Below are positions 49,989 through 61,635 of a stretch of DNA of 64,000 nucleotides, in pieces; positions within the stretch are counted from its first letter, which is position 1; each line of letters opens with the position of its first letter. The notes beneath the pieces are model-generated. The model searched no databases and was not told the origin of the DNA. It saw nothing but the letters and a program-made list of their open reading frames with translations. Origin of the DNA: Geosiphon pyriformis uo1 (taxonomy: Eukaryota; Fungi; Glomeromycota); the NCBI GenBank assembly GCA_016748015.1, contig JAAOMT010000468.1, forward strand, positions 558,001 through 622,000, given 5' to 3'. A program made the translations under genes and the position numbers.

Positions 49989-50006
49989 ATCTCATAGAAA
50001 GCACCA
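49989..50006 (-). promoter_or_regulatory. Primer-binding site of Gypsy-B
   Basis: Minus strand TGGTGCTTTCTATGAGAT, 2 nt downstream of the 5' LTR. Confidence 0.8.
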
Positions 50007-50008
50007 AA

Positions 50009-50361
50009 TGTTATAGGTAATTATTTCTGCTGTTGATTAAATAACAAACCTGTAACTTGGTGCTTAAAAGCTACTTCCATGGATGAGATTCTGCAAGTGT
50101 TGTATCTGAAGGTTTTGATGGAGTCCTTTGTATAATGAACAGAGATTCAATAGTGTCGATAGTAGATGTATCTTTTCAAGAGTTTTCCCAATTTCTTTCT
50201 TAGCATGGTGGCCGGATTTAGTCTGACAGTTGTGCCCTTCTGGTAAGCTATCCGATAATATATAAAATTCTATTCTTATTTCTGGGTCTTTTACCAGGCT
50301 ATCCTTGATGTTAATAACTCAGTGCTTAATCTTTTAATCAATTAGTATACAACAACAAAAT

Positions 50362-50423
<62 letters not shown>

Positions 50424-50903
50424 AAGAAAATAGAGAAAATAAGCCAAGGCAATTTGGTATGTTAGTATCTCATCAATAGCCGTGATCAAAAGCTATTGTT
50501 TCAGCATAGTTAAGTATCAATTACTATCAACATAAAGTGTTGATAGTGGAGAGTGGATTGAGATATAAAATAATTATTTATTTGATGATTTTGTTTCTAG
50601 ACTAAGGATTCTATGGTATTAATTCTGTCTTTTCTGTTTCTACTACTACTGCTATATATACATATTTAAGATTCCCCAATTCTTCGATTCTTCATGACGG
50701 AAATTCTGGAATTCCTGGAATCCTGCAATTCCTTTGAGAGGAATCCTAGAATTCTGGAATCCTGTGATTCCTTGTTAGAGAATCCTGAAATTTCTGGAAT
50801 TCTGCAATTTCTGAGAGGAATCCTGGAATTCCACATTTACTATGCCTACTTCTGATTGGCTAATAATCATACTAATATATTTCCTATATTTCTATGAGTA
50901 ACA
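50009..50903 (-). repeat. Gypsy-B 5' LTR (895 bp) with a 59-nt polyA run and longer 9-bp array
   Basis: Direct repeat of 39781-40614; A-run at 50363-50421. Confidence 0.95.
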
Positions 50904-52620
50904 ATAGTCATTCAGACCAAAAACATTACAAGAAAAAGAATCAACCAAGAGGACCTTTGCATCAGAGGATGCATCAACACCATAAAAACCTGAAGACACC
51001 ACATGAGAAGAAGAGCCACCAGCAATTTGGGCCTATGTCTTGCCACCAAAAAAAACCAGACAAACAACAAGAGCCAATTTTTTCTTATAAATTCCAGCCA
51101 GATAAACACAATTCTGATCAGTCACTACTCGCTTTCTATGATTGCCAGAATTCTCACCTATTAAACAATTACCACCAACATGACCAAAATGCTTGCAAAT
51201 TGCACAACAAGCCAAGGAAAGACCAGCCCAGTGCAAATTTACACCCCTAAAAACTGGGACTAAACCAGTCACAGCCAACTTGGCTGCCTTATTTTTAAAA
51301 CAAACAACTGCACACTTATTATGAACATATAAATTTGGATTGCAACCAATGAAGCACATCTTTCTATTATAAGACATCAGCAAATCAAAAAGATCATAAG
51401 CCGTGGTTTTCACAGACAGTATATAAAGCAAGGCTCAATGCTGATTTCTTGATACCCATGTTTGTTTATTCTCAACAGCCAATGTCACATGAACTGAATC
51501 CTTACTCATAGAAACAGACCACATAAACGCAACCAAACTAGCTATTTCCAATGAATCAAACTCCACTAGAGTTTTTTGCCACAAGCCAATAAGCTGCATT
51601 TTGATTGAAATAATCTTGTCAAATTTGGAAAAAACTGATTTCACAGCCGATTTCGGAAGATCAACCAGAATTTTCTTAATGATTATCTCCTGATTCAAAC
51701 AAATATTTGCTTTTTTCAGATTATCATTAACTAAAATCTTCCCATTGACAACCAATTCTTTAGCTTTATTCAAACTGATTTCAGAAGTAAAAAAGGATCT
51801 GATGATTCCAAAAAACTTTAAAGGAGTAGAGGCTCCCCCAAAACCATCCATTTGATAAAAAATTTTTTTAATTGAAATTAGCTTATTACTATTAGTCTTT
51901 CCAGACACATTTAACAACTCTACATCCAAGGTAAACAATTTAACTAGTTTAAAAGCGTGACGTTCCAAAACACGTGAAATTACAGGTAACAGATAATTGG
52001 ATCTAGCAAATTTAGCTCCTGGAAGCACCAATTCAGTATTATCATCACTTATGCTTGCGAAGAAAATTGTCTTTGGTGGCCATTCCAAAACAAAGATTCT
52101 TGTTCACATTTTCTTAGGAGTTGTATCATCTTCTATTTCATCAGTCTTGGAAGCATTGGGATCCATGTAACTCGTCTCTTCAGTAACCGTGCTTTCCAAA
52201 TTCTCAGCATCCGACACTTCACTAACACCCGCTTCCTCACTATTCACCTCACTTTCCCAAGATCTCTGTAGTTTGACACCATCACCATGTTGCATACCCA
52301 CTAAAAGCAGGCTGTCTGACAAGTCCACAATACTACCAGAGACACCAGACAACTTTGTTTTTTTGTATGAAGGACCACGTGAGTATACACTTTCAACGCG
52401 TGCTTTAATTTTTTTGCTGCCAGACCAGGACCCCAACCCAGCCAAATTCGAACTCGAAGCACCAGCAGAAGAGCTCACTAGATCTATAGACACAAATAGA
52501 AGTACGTTTGAAGAAATAACAAAAGGGACAAAGAGAAAAAAGGGTAAAGAAGGCTATCTTTTTGACAACTTCAAGCTCTTGTTGTGGTTAGGGAATCAAT
52601 GAAAGAAAAAATTTTTTTTG
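50904..52620 (-). mobile_element. Second full-length LINE, 5' part (5' UTR and most of ORF1)
   Basis: KMQLIGLWQK, CAICKHFGHVGGNC knuckle; 5' end AAATTTTTCTTTC resembles the 5' end of the LINE at 15099. Confidence 0.9.
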
Positions 52621-52629
52621 TTTTTTTTT

Positions 52630-54050
52630 TGGATATATTTTTTTAATTAATAGTTTTTTAAAAGTATTTATTATTTAAATCAAATTAAATATAAATAAAA
52701 CTATTAAATAAATGAAAAATATAATTATAAATAATTATATATTAGTTGTATATATATATAAAATATCTTTTAGAATATTTTTTTTTATAAAATTAATATA
52801 ATTTAATTTAAATTAAAATTATATCTGATTATATGTAAAAAGTACATAAATTATGTTTAATTTAAGTTGTTTAATTTAATATATTGTATTAAATAATAAT
52901 TGAATTTACATATTAAAAATAAAAAATATAAAAATATTACATAATTAAAATTAAAACTTATAAAAAATTGATTATAGTTTAAATTAGAATTATTTAACAT
53001 ACCAAAAAATCAATTTTATAATAATATAAACTTTATATAAAAAAGTTTAATATTGTTTTTTATAATTAATTTTAAATTAAAAATATCATGTAAAAATTAA
53101 AACACAATTTTAATTGTTTTATTAAATATTAAAATAAAAGTTATCTATTTAAAAAATTTTTAATAATTTGTATTAATTTTTTAACTATTATTAAAAACAA
53201 TATTTTTAAAAAACAAAAAAAGAAAATACTTTAATTAATTTAATTTTTAAAATTAAATAACTTAATAAATAAATTTATTAAAGTTATATGTAAAAATGTG
53301 ATTTGTTTTGCTTTTATAATTGGCAAAAATAAATTAAAATTTAATATATTAAATAATTTACCCAAATATTAATTGGTATCAGTTTTAATAAACATATTAT
53401 TAATATTATTATTTAAATAAAAAAAACTCTGTTTTCTAATATTTTAAAAAAATTAACAATAAATTTGTTAAAAAATTTGTTTTTGTTTGTTTGTTTTTTA
53501 TAGTTTTTTAAATAACAAAAAAAATTTTAAAATTTTTATAATAGTTTTAATATATTATTTTTAAAATTTTTTTTATTAAAAACAAAAAATGGTTGTTTTA
53601 AAAATATTTAAAAAACATTTTTACAAAGTATTATTTAGCTGTTTTTTATTTTTTATTTTAATTATTATTATAAAAATGCAAAAAAGAAAATTTTTTCATA
53701 TAAACAATATATAAAATATTGTTTTTTTTTAATAATATTTAACAATTTAGTTTAATCATATATTGTTTTAAAAATTTTATTTGTGTTATTTATTATTAAA
53801 ACAATTTTTTTTGTTTATATTTTATATTTTATTAATTTTAAAAAAAGTTTTATGTATAAAATATATTAAATATTTTCAAAAACCGAAAATTTAACAAATC
53901 ATTAATATATGTATTTAACGTGATTAATACAATTGAATAATATTTAACATTGCTAACAATTTTCTATAAAAAAATATTTGGCTAACTTTATAATGCTTTT
54001 AAAAAAAAATTGTTTTCATTACCAAATAAATTGTTCAAAGGCTTTGATAC
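52630..54050. repeat. Extremely AT-rich decayed repeat of unassigned family
   Basis: Almost no G/C. 53590-53650 is a reverse-complement match to 9786-9850. Confidence 0.5.
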
Positions 54051-54710
54051 ATTTAAATTGTTCTTTAATCATCGTCCAAAACATTCAAATGTAAAATAAC
54101 AACTCTGATCAGAAAAAAGCTTTATAAAATTGATTTTTATTCCTCCTCACTGATCCGGTTGTTTCATATTCTTGGCCCAAGTAAAATTTTCAAATATATA
54201 TCCAAACAATTGAAATTTGATTTTAATAGGGTTATCCACGTTATACATATTTGCATTCACCGCTTAATCATCCGGTGAACTCAAAGGAATTATATTGTTT
54301 GTAACCTCAACAGGTCCCATAGCTTATCAGCTACTTATGCGTAAATTTATAAGAAATCTGAATAGCAGAGCTGGGCCGCTGTCCCCATCATCGACCATAC
54401 CGAAACTTTTCGCCCTCCTGCAAAAGCAGAATCTTACTCGACCGCCTTATTGACACACACCTAACGACGGCAGCATTCCTATTCTGTTCCAATAACTTTT
54501 CAAAAAAGCTATAGGCCCATTCTGTAATATATGACCTCTTTACAAAATCTATAGTGTTGGAAGTGGGATTGCTAGTGTAAATAATTCTTGCGTACCTATC
54601 AGGATTGACATTATTTAATAGGGGGTTTTTCCCTAAAAAACGTAAAGGAGTAAAGTAAGGCGAATAAGGGGACTGAAGATGGGGAGACGAGTTGCAACGT
54701 TTTTTGTATG

Positions 54711-57700
54711 TTATAATTCTGGATACACATCATTAATTGTTCGTTTCAAACTAGACGGAGGAACCGTATCATCCTCATGATCTAATTGATGGGTATTAGG
54801 ATTTACGTAATAAGGTTCGGTATTTTCGTTTGAGAAAAAGATGGGGTTGGAGTTATCCTGCGAGGCAGTATTGCCTAAATTTTGCGAAGCATCAGAATCG
54901 TAAAAGGGGGAAGAGGGTAAACCAGCATTCAAGGAATTGATATCCATTAACCCCAAAGGTGTATAATAATATTGTGACATTCCCGGAGGTGAAGATGAAG
55001 GAGTCACCAAAGCTGGACCAGATGATAAAGAGGTTGATGTTTGTGGTGTGGTAACAGCTCCCCAATCATTATTGGGATTCAAAATATCCAAATCGAAACT
55101 CAAAGGGGATTCGCCATTTGCGAGTATCTCGTTGTGTGATAATTTATTAAGGGGTGATGATTTTTGATATACCGATTCTTGTATCTTTTGAGGAGTTTCG
55201 TCTTCATCCGAGTCAAGAGTAAGGTCGATTATGTCCTCTTGCTTATTTTTCAATTGATTCTTTGGTTCTAATGGTGGATATTGAAAGATTACACTTTTGG
55301 CATCATCCTCATCACTATCTTCAATGACAAAAATTTCGGGTTCTGAAGAATTTCTCGATGACTTCTCGTCCACTTTTTTGAATATTTCAGTATGTTCAGG
55401 AGGAGGAGGGGGGGGAGTCAGTACCCAGTCCCCATTTGCTTCAATAGTAATACTTTCTTGATCTTGGGGCACTTGTTGCAAAATATCCGAGAAATATCTA
55501 ATTTGTGAAAAATCAAATAATTAAAATTAGATTTAATGATTCAAATGAAATAATGACATACTCGTCTAGAGCAATATCCTCCCATGATCCTAATACGTTA
55601 TTGCAGACAGGACATGTCCAGGTTGGAGTTTGTTCGTTCATTTGAAAAAAATATAAAAGATCGAAACATTGTATATGATTGCAGTGTATTGATCTGCATG
55701 GAGTATTGATGCGAAGGTGGCATAACTATTGATTTGATAAAACTCAAATTTTAATTGGAATTCTCTCATCAATAAATCAAAATTTGTCTTACCGGATCCT
55801 TGAGAGAGACAACACTAGAAGTAGCAACGAGATCCAAATCTTCTGCCGCTTTTTGTACTTATCCAATAAAATCATATTCAATTGATATATATTAGCTATA
55901 AGTTAATTTTGTCAATAGAAATGAAAAGCTACTTACATCTTTGAAGCACTTGTGCTTTACTAATGATCTTGTTTTTTTTAATTCCTTCAACAATAGTATG
56001 CACATTGACCTTTTTCACTAGTTGAACCATTACTATGTATGGCTGCGCGGTAATGCATATGCTAATAAGGATAATCCCTCAAAAAAAAAAAAGATTTTCA
56101 CCCAACTATTCTCGTTACTAACCTTTGAGATATTCGCGTAGACAAATTCCAGCTTATTGTTACTTCTAAGGTTAATATGGCAGAGATGGGTAATTTCAGG
56201 AGGCTGAACCGTTCCCGGTTTATTTTTGATTCCTCTTAAACTCTAATTGATATCGGAAATAAAGACATTAAAAACTTGAATTTATTTTCATGTATATGTA
56301 AATTTTGTGGCAACAAACCGTCTGGAGCTGTTCTCCATTAACCAAAAGTTCGCATGCGGTCGGAAATTCAACGAGAGCCAAAGGTGCCGTTCTTGAATTT
56401 ATCTGTTGCATATCAGGAGCTGCACAGCAAAAGAACCGAAGTTGATACAAACCACCTCCCTTCAAGCTTGTAATAAAAGTAAGATCTCTTTTGAGAAATT
56501 AATTTTGATAAAATATTTAGTCGATATATATATTGAGACTCACGTTAGCTTATTTATCAGTGATTGTGTAAAGTAGAACTCTATGCAAACCCGGGATTTA
56601 TCTGAAGATACTGCCAGAGAGCAAAAAATAATTTAAAAAGGTTCTAATTTACAAAGAATGAGAATTTTGTTGTTGGTAATTCTAATTACCCTGACATGCT
56701 TTTCCGGGTGTTACTCGTTCAATAACCTCGTAAAAAGGGGATTTTTTGAAAAGGATACCGTGGAAATAACTTGAGGGTAAATACGAAGGAAGTTTTGGAA
56801 TTAATGGTGAATTTGATCCATATCCGCTATGAGGTGTGGATGTCTTGGTCGATATTGATGTAGAATGAGGGTTTTGGGATAGCGGAACGGTATCTGAAGG
56901 TGGAAGAGTACGACGATGTGAATTATTATATGGGGCAAAGGTTGAGCGACGATTTGAGGGGTCAGAGCCACCAGATTTAGTTTCTTTATTTGAATCCCCA
57001 TAACAATTATTGGAAGTTAGCCGAATACGGTTGATTATAGAACCTTGATTCGGTAGTGATGATGAATTCATGCGGGGAGATTTCGTAACAGTCGAAGAGC
57101 TAGTGAATAGCAAAACATACCAGATTGGTTAATACACATGTTTTTATATCTTTTTTTCCAATTAACTGCAGCCAGTGCTAAATTGAACCAATAAATATGC
57201 AAAGGACACACGCTAAGTTATTTTGTATAAATTTTTTAATCCGATCCGGATAGAACTTGGGTATAAAAATAATTATATAAAGAACCTTTACGCGCATTTT
57301 CTTTTGGTAAAAGTCTTTGATCGTAAAAATCTGAATATACGCTAGTTCTAACTTTGAAAAGAGTTTCTCTAAAGAAGAGCCCAAAATTCACCATTTTGAG
57401 GAATAATCATCTAGGAAAATAAAGAAAGAGACAAACCAGTAATCTATATATCCTTGCGCGCGAGAGAGCCCTCCTGTGTCTCCGCTGTCTGCGAGACCTC
57501 TGACGTGATCCTGTATGCGCTTAACTAATGTTGGCTTCGTGCCGCTAACTTTTAGCTGTAAAGATCGGCACACTTCTCTCAGCTGCGATAAAAGAAGGCG
57601 GGGCAATAACTCCTGTGTTTGTTGCTGCAAAAAATTAAAGTTCGGCAAACAAAATCAGAATTTCTGCTCAATTACCCACGCTTTGTTCCAGAAATTAGTG

Positions 57701-57751
57701 ACTTAAGCAGGCTTATATGTTTTAATAGCTTGGAACCTGTAAATCGTCCAT
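54711..57751 (-). CDS. SIZ1: SIZ/PIAS-family SUMO E3 ligase (SAP, PINIT, SP-RING/MIZ, SIM-like motifs), multi-exon
   Basis: SAP-like QLREVCRSLQLKVSGTKPTLVKRI; FKKSPFY; LSLKDP..RINTPCRSIHCNHIQCFD..WTCPVC; SIM-like IFVIEDSDED and IIDLTLDSDED. The 15-nt first exon (ATG 57751) is tentative. Confidence 0.85.
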
Positions 57752-57889
57752 CAACCTAGGTAAGAATTTGTGTATTTGACAGTGGGAGACTTGATATTTC
57801 CGCTCACTTGTCTCAAAGTTCCATCCAAAGGTTCGTAGGTTTGTCCTTTGCACATCGGTCAATACTATGATTTCATATACATGTTACAC

Positions 57890-57992
57890 AAATAATTAAT
57901 CACGTGTTATACACGTGATTAATTATTTCTGGAATCAGATAAACAATCGCTCAAATTTAAGTTTTTTTTGACTAGTGCTTTCTACACGTGAC
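57890..57992. promoter_or_regulatory. Three CACGTG E-boxes upstream of SIZ1, two inside a perfect 18-bp inverted repeat
   Basis: AAATAATTAATCACGTGT-tat-ACACGTGATTAATTATTT (57890-57928) and CACGTGAC (57985-57992). Confidence 0.6.
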
Positions 57993-58351
57993 TAGCAAAT
58001 TTATTTTTTCAAACAATAATTTGGAATGCAAAACAATTAAAGAATAGCACAATTTTATTTGAGTTTTAAAGCCAAAAAAGCTCTTCAGATCCTAATAAAT
58101 CTGGAAGTCGTTCTCATAATAATAAATTTCTTAATCATGTAATGTATTCTCACTTTTTGAAGGGTTGTAACAATTTTACTAACATTCTACTAAAATGAAC
58201 GAGTCCTACATTTAATCACCTTGGCAGAGAGTAGTTCGCTATAAAAAAACAATTATCACAATAAAAGCTTAAGCTGATAATAAATTTACCATTGAATAAA
58301 ATCAGATGATTGATTTTGAAAATTTCAACTTTGGTTATTGGGTCTTCGTTT

Positions 58352-61293
58352 TCACCAGATAAACATTGCTTTTTCTCGCATACACCTTACGCCTAATTCT
58401 TCCCATTCTTTAGAGTTAATCCATGACTCATTAACAATCTCCAATTTGCTCATAACTGAAGCACCTTTCCATGCCAGTAAACGGGGATCCAGTTCGCGTG
58501 GTGAGGAAAGAACTTCTAGCTTGTCCGCAAAAGGCAACGAACGAGATGTCAATCTGGAATACAATGGGCAGATTGTGAATGATTTTAGGTTGTTTAGTAA
58601 GAAATAAGTAGGATCAAGTAAGATTTGAATGGGCTATATACCTATCTTCCAACATAGAATTGAAACCGGGTAATAAGCCACCACCACCAACTACAATGAT
58701 ACTCGAGTAAAACTTTTTAGCACGTTCTTCTGTAGATGAAGAACTGATACTTTGAACAATTGCCTCGTCTAAAGCCAACATAGATATAGGGTCAACATTG
58801 GTCTTTGCCACCAAAGAAGCCGAAGGAGACGAAGGGCCAAGTGTAGGGTTATTTGACTCGGAACGTGCAGGAGTAGATGGATGGGGACTGTCACGATTTC
58901 CTGCTGATGGAGATGGATGAGATGATGGACGGATTTGTGAAGGGTTGGTGATGATGGATGGTTTCGGTTTTTGTGATAATGGAGCAGGAGGCAGCTATAT
59001 TTTAGGAAAGAGGATGTTTTAATAAATAATGACAAAGTAATAGGGGAAGACTGTCGGTTTTTATACCAGATTCGACGCGTTCCCATCGTTGATATCATCA
59101 ATCGCATAAGATACAAATTTCGCGGGAAATTCACCCATTTTCTTACGGAAATTAATGATGTGTGGATAAAATAGAACCTAATTTATAATTCAAATAAATA
59201 TCTAAACGTTGTAATTTAAGTGGACCACAAATAAAAGAATTGTATATTTTACCATCGGTGCCACGATAGCCTCATCGTAAGTCTTAAGCTGGTACTTTTT
59301 TGTGGGTTCGTTAGGAAGTCGCACATAAAAATCGTACAATTGTATAGTCAAGTTGGCCTTTGGGAGAATTACTTGTGAGTTGTTGAGAAATGATGTATCT
59401 TGTCATAAATTATAAAATTTAATAATTCAGATACCTCGTTTAAGGTACAAAACTTCTCCTTCATTTCTTCTGCCAACATCCAATCATAGGATTGGTTTAA
59501 ATCTATCTCTTCGTATGGGAACTTACTTCTCCTAAGTAGCTTGAGGAAGAAGGTTGTTATATCATCGCTTCCATAATTTAGCAATATCCTATAATTAAAG
59601 AGGATAATTGGACCTAACAAGTTTTGTATTTAACGATTAAGGCTTTATAATAATGTGAATGGGATACCTGGAATCTGGGATACACATCCCATCTTCAACA
59701 CAAGTGATACTGGTGGTCTGAGCGCCAACGTCGACTACGCAAGCCATCGATATACCGGCACCAAATGTAACACATACGGATTCTTGTTGTACAAACACGC
59801 GACGAAATCCCATGTATTGCAATAACATGGTTATAATTTCTAGGACCGTACGGCGATTGAAAAGATCGGGCATCACTAATATCACAGAATATTTCTGGGA
59901 AAAGCAAACAAGACACATGAAAAAAACAGTGATAGATCATGAACGAAGGTGAGCAGTGAAATGAGATCATACTTGAAAGTTTTTCCTTCCTATTTTTAAT
60001 TGTTCTTCAATCGCATCTGTCCATATCGTTTCCAAATCTCCAACAACAGCTTTAATTGAATCATAATCCCGAGTATTAAAATCGCCATGTTGTATAGGAT
60101 AAAATATTTTGAAGGGAATATTGGAAATCGGTAATCTAAGTGCCTTTGAACAAATATATTCAGGGAAAAAGATTTTTGGGTAAATTTAGATCTCCCTTCT
60201 GTTTAAGTTTAAAACTGTTCCCAATGTCCCATACCTTTTCATACCTTATCCCCAATATAATGATCCTTTCCCTCGGTCAATGTTGTCCATTCGACTTTAT
60301 ATGGATCATTGTGATCAGGAATTGTTTCAGGTTGAATGGTCTTGTTAAATGAAAGCACTTGAGAATGAGCATTGGGAACAGGCCTTCGCTTTGCGGCTTT
60401 CATTCTATCTTTGAGTTCTTTTTTGATCTCATCTATCCCCCTTTTAAAACGTGTCTAATTAACAGCAAGGTAGGATAACAAATAGAATCAGAAATCAGCA
60501 AGCCCGCATTCACTCTTTATCCTCTTCTTTCAAGTCCTATCTTCACCTCTTCTTCTTCTTGTTCATTTTCTTCGGCAAGAGTTGATGAGCTTGGGGAGGC
60601 GGAATTATTTGTTTCAAGAAATTCTTCTTTTTTCGCTTCAACGTCAGCCCTATCTTCCTCTTTTTTAGTATCATCGCTTTCACGATCTGCCATGTCCGTT
60701 TGGTGGCCCTCTCGATCAATGTCCATTTCATCTTGATTATTCTTAATCTCATTCATTCTTGATTCATTAAATTCCTTAAACCTTCGTGTTATGACGTGGG
60801 GAATTATGAAGGGAAAGGCGTCGGAAGCTCTTCCAATTCTCAATGTTTTTGAACCGGGATGTATCACTAACACTTTAGATGCTTCATGGTCAGACTGCGG
60901 AAAATAGTGTTTAATATGATTTAAACTTCCGCAGGCCAGCGTCATGAAGTAAATTAAACCTCAAGATACCTTAACCGCTTCTTCGTCACTACTTTCTTCG
61001 TCCTCCTCATCGTCTTCGTCTTCGGCCTCATTTTTTTCCTTATTTTTGAGAGATTTTATCACTTCTTCTCTTTGAAAAAAAGATATGTCGTGTCTTAAGA
61101 ACCTTGAAGTCACATATTTTGATACGATTGGTGCCTGTGCAGCAAAGTTAGTGAACTTCAACTCGGGTCGATAACCTCTATCTATGTCTAAGTGTGAAGG
61201 ATTGCGGTGCTGACTTGACACAGTGCGGGTAGGTGGTGATGGTGGTGGTGACATACTTTCCACTCTTGTAGTTGTTAAAGAGGAAGATTTCAT
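58352..61293 (-). CDS. ARP8: Actin-related protein 8 (INO80 complex), multi-exon
   Basis: VIHPGSKTLRIGRASDAFP, LVMPDLF, QESVCVTFGAGISMACVVDVGAQTTSITCVEDG, YGSDDIT, DPRLLAWKGASV, EWEELGVR..EK..FIW*. Confidence 0.92.
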
Positions 61294-61635
61294 CTTAAGG
61301 GATCAGTGAGGCAGATCAAGGGGAAGTTTGTTCTAATATCGCGGATGACATTATGGCTTTGCACTTCAGAATTTCTGAGAAAATTTTCAACGTAATCTGT
61401 ATTTTACATTTTCAGAGATTTATTATCATTATATATCGAACTAAAGGTTTGCACTTTGAGTAACCAACCAATCAAATGTAGCTTTGAGTATAGTAGATAT
61501 CTTTTTCCGAGATTTTTAACTCTTCGATCTAATCGATAATGAGCGCTGAATGCTTCCTCTTGAAAAAATCTTTTTTTTTCGGTAAGTTTTTTTAATATGA
61601 CAAATCAATCAAATCAAATACCATTGGGTATTTTT

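Larger units (their letters stand above)
39781..50903 (-). mobile_element. Complete Ty3/Gypsy LTR retrotransposon, family B, with dUTPase and ORF3; inserted in LINE ORF1
   Basis: LTRs at 39781-40614 and 50009-50903; decayed TSD ACGG/ATAG. Removing the element restores LINE ORF1 ...GLND-RLAVLEH. Confidence 0.95.

Noticed and set aside
54050-54700. CpG-retaining segment downstream of SIZ1 as a possible ncRNA
   Set aside because: No recognisable tRNA, snRNA or snoRNA architecture; most simply a 3' UTR or single-copy intergenic DNA.
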